Shown here in pieces: positions 29,926 to 32,000 of a stretch of 32,000 nucleotides of DNA. This stretch comes from Desulfocapsa sulfexigens DSM 10523. Lineage in GTDB: Bacteria > Desulfobacterota > Desulfobulbia > Desulfobulbales > Desulfocapsaceae. Each line of letters begins with the position of its first letter. The first letter of the stretch is position 1. The DNA lies in NCBI RefSeq assembly GCF_000341395.1, contig NC_020304.1, positions 510,001 to 542,000 on the forward strand, written 5' to 3'. The translations under genes were made by a program, and so were the position numbers. The notes under the pieces were generated by a model that worked only from the letters and a program-made list of their open reading frames with translations, was not told where the DNA came from and searched no databases.

Positions 29926-29956
29926 TTGTCACTGAACAGACACTACCTGTTATAAT
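29926..29956 (+). promoter_or_regulatory. Possible sigma70-type promoter (TTGTCA-N19-TATAAT)
   Basis: Perfect TATAAT at 29951 with TTGTCA 19 nt upstream (longer than the usual 17), in the gap upstream of the 30102 ORF. Confidence 0.35.
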
Positions 29957-30101
29957 GACGACAAAACGATAACAGGATATTCTTTCGTTTCTCATCCATC
30001 CATGATATGATGAGGAGTTTCTTTCGTCCTGTTGTACAGGTTCCATGGTTTATCTCTTTCGAGGGTTAGGCTTTAAAACTGCACCACCATACTAATATAA
30101 G

Positions 30102-32000
30102 ATGCCAGACCCAAGCAACGATTTACTTCCAATTTACGACAAACTCACTCCCTTTGAGCAGACTCTTCTTCAGTTCCAATCCATTGTCTACGAGCCTGCC
30201 CACACGACTCTAATCGTCAACTGCCTGCGCAAACTTGATATTCGCAGCCCACGTGGCAATCGCCCAACTGCTGCCAACCTGAACCATTATTTCACGAAAT
30301 TCCAAGAAGCTGGCCTGGTCACAAAGGAACGGCAATGTTCTCCACATATTGTAGAGAAACTCAGTCGTATTGCAGTGGCAGAAGGTACTTTTGCAACCTA
30401 CGCAGAGGTCATTCGAAAAGAGGCACCGGTCTCATACTACTATGGGAAATGGACAACCCGATGCTGGCGTGCCATGCGTGAAATGCGTATTGGTATTTAC
30501 ACCCAGGATTTTGATGTCATCGACGATGCTCTTGAATTTCTCTCTGGCCAATGCCGGGAGATCCTTTCACCATTACCACCCACGGTTCATGTAACAACAG
30601 GACCGTTCGACCCCACATGGTTCAGAAGTCTTGCTCCTTCCTTCCAGTTTTTCCTCCTCAATGACATTCTGCGCTACGAGCAGTCAACACTGAACAGCTA
30701 CCCTGAAATCCTTACTTACCTGGAAGAAGAAACAGGATTAGAAGAACTTAGCCAGGACGAGAAGCTCCCCTTTCAGCGTATTCTCTTTAATCAATATATA
30801 TTCAGGGGAAGACTTGTCGAAGCAAAACAACTCGTTGAAGAAAACAGTGAAAGTTTTGTCGGCACCGGAGCAGCCGGCACCCTCGCCTTTCTCTCAGGCA
30901 ACCAAAATAAAACGGCAGACTTATTTGAGCTTGACCTTGATTTTCTTCGCGACCTGACTGGCAGTGAAAAGGCTGCATTCTTCGGCCCCATTGGTCTCTT
31001 CCACGCACTTGCCGTCCTCCAGAATGATCAGACAGATAAGGAGCAGAAGGTTGCCCATCAAATCGGTATCGCCCTGTCACTCTTCAGCAAAAGTGTTGAG
31101 GAAAAAGCATATCAGGTTCTTGCCAATTTCCTCCAGATACGAAACAGTACAGCACTGCCAGGAGATGAAACAAGCTTCCATAAGGATGATGCACCTCACA
31201 GTCTCACCATCCTTGTTACGGCTCTCTCTCAATACTGGCTAAACTCGAACCTCCAGCCTGAATTGAAGCTACTGGTGAAAAGGCTTTACCATCAGGCGCT
31301 CACCAATGACTTCCATTTCTTTTCTCTAAACCTTGCAGCTCTTCTGGCAGGAATTGGTGACACTGATGGGGAATACAATGACACAATCACCCGCCTGAAA
31401 GGGGAGACGGGCCTCATTCCGCTGATTGACATCCTTGAATCTGAAGAACCGTGGAAACGAAATCTGCAGGCATTGATACAGGTAACTGCCTCTTCGCATG
31501 AGTCCAGTAATGCAATGAATGAGCGACTCATCTGGCTGGTGGAGTACAAGAATGGGAAGATGCACATCAACCCCAAAGAGCAGAAACGAAATGCAGCTGG
31601 AGTATGGAGTAAAGGCAGACCTATCTCACTTTCCCGGCTCTACTCGGGAAAACTGCCCTACCTGACCGTTCAGGACAGAAAGATTTCAGCATGTATTCAA
31701 AAGCAGGTGAACACCGAAACCCATGGCATCAGTTACCATTTCGAAATGGATAAAACATTGCTTGCCATGACCAATCATCCTCTACTCTTCTTCGCAAAAT
31801 CTCCTGGAACCCCAGTAGAATTCATTAGCGGAGAACCGGAACTTCTGGTTGAAGAACGAGGTAACCAGCTCCATATCTGTTTTGCTCAGAAGGTAACAGA
31901 AGACAATATTACCATCTTCCAGGAAACCCCCACCCGTTATAAAATTATTGAAATCAACGACAATCACCGTAGAATTTCCCAGATTACTGGCAAAAATGGT
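30102..32000 (+). CDS. N-terminal part of a large protein, probably the N-terminal extension of a SNF2/DEAD-box helicase-like protein (open at right edge)
   Basis: The frame starts at MPDPSNDLLPIYDKLTPFEQTLLQFQSIVYEPAHTTLIVNCL and stays open to the window end (...PGTPVEFISGEPELLVEERGNQLHICFAQKVTEDNITIFQETPTRYKIIEINDNHRRISQITGKNG). CDS support is strong. The helicase assignment is from recalled resemblance only, since no Walker motif lies inside the window. Confidence 0.65.
   Translation, partial: MPDPSNDLLPIYDKLTPFEQTLLQFQSIVYEPAHTTLIVNCLRKLDIRSPRGNRPTAANLNHYFTKFQEAGLVTKERQCSPHIVEKLSRIAVAEGTFATYAEVIRKEAPVSYYYGKWTTRCWRAMREMRIGIYTQDFDVIDDALEFLSGQCREILSPLPPTVHVTTGPFDPTWFRSLAPSFQFFLLNDILRYEQSTLNSYPEILTYLEEETGLEELSQDEKLPFQRILFNQYIFRGRLVEAKQLVEENSESFVGTGAAGTLAFLSGNQNKTADLFELDLDFLRDLTGSEKAAFFGPIGLFHALAVLQNDQTDKEQKVAHQIGIALSLFSKSVEEKAYQVLANFLQIRNSTALPGDETSFHKDDAPHSLTILVTALSQYWLNSNLQPELKLLVKRLYHQALTNDFHFFSLNLAALLAGIGDTDGEYNDTITRLKGETGLIPLIDILESEEPWKRNLQALIQVTASSHESSNAMNERLIWLVEYKNGKMHINPKEQKRNAAGVWSKGRPISLSRLYSGKLPYLTVQDRKISACIQKQVNTETHGISYHFEMDKTLLAMTNHPLLFFAKSPGTPVEFISGEPELLVEERGNQLHICFAQKVTEDNITIFQETPTRYKIIEINDNHRRISQITGKNG

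Overview
The window looks like ordinary core chromosome from a sulfur-metabolising deltaproteobacterium, probably Desulfobulbales-like (inferred from a canonical DsrC and overall gene content). I found no CRISPR array, transposase, integrase, phage module, rRNA or tRNA. The + strand and - strand gene blocks are mostly housekeeping: rhomboid (partial), monoheme cytochrome c, GlxA-type regulator, UspA, AsmA-like, ligA, 4-OT tautomerase, hemA, ccsB-like, precorrin-2 dehydrogenase, methyltransferase, TlpA/ResA, SurA-like, RodZ-like, recO, BirA-like ligase, biotinyl/lipoyl-like protein, cmoA/cmoB, SLOG-like, HIT, Uup (ABC-F), M23 peptidase, bactofilin, RimK-like ATP-grasp, dsrC, PpiD-like, and the N-terminal part of a large protein open at the right edge. 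No convincing novel system is visible. The items most worth a second look are the BirA-like / biotinyl-like / His-tailed gene trio (17.8-20.0 kb), the M23-bactofilin-Zn ribbon-ATP-grasp run (25.0-27.5 kb), several small ORFs missing from the supplied ORF track, and a head-to-head CATATG start-codon arrangement at 2941-2946.
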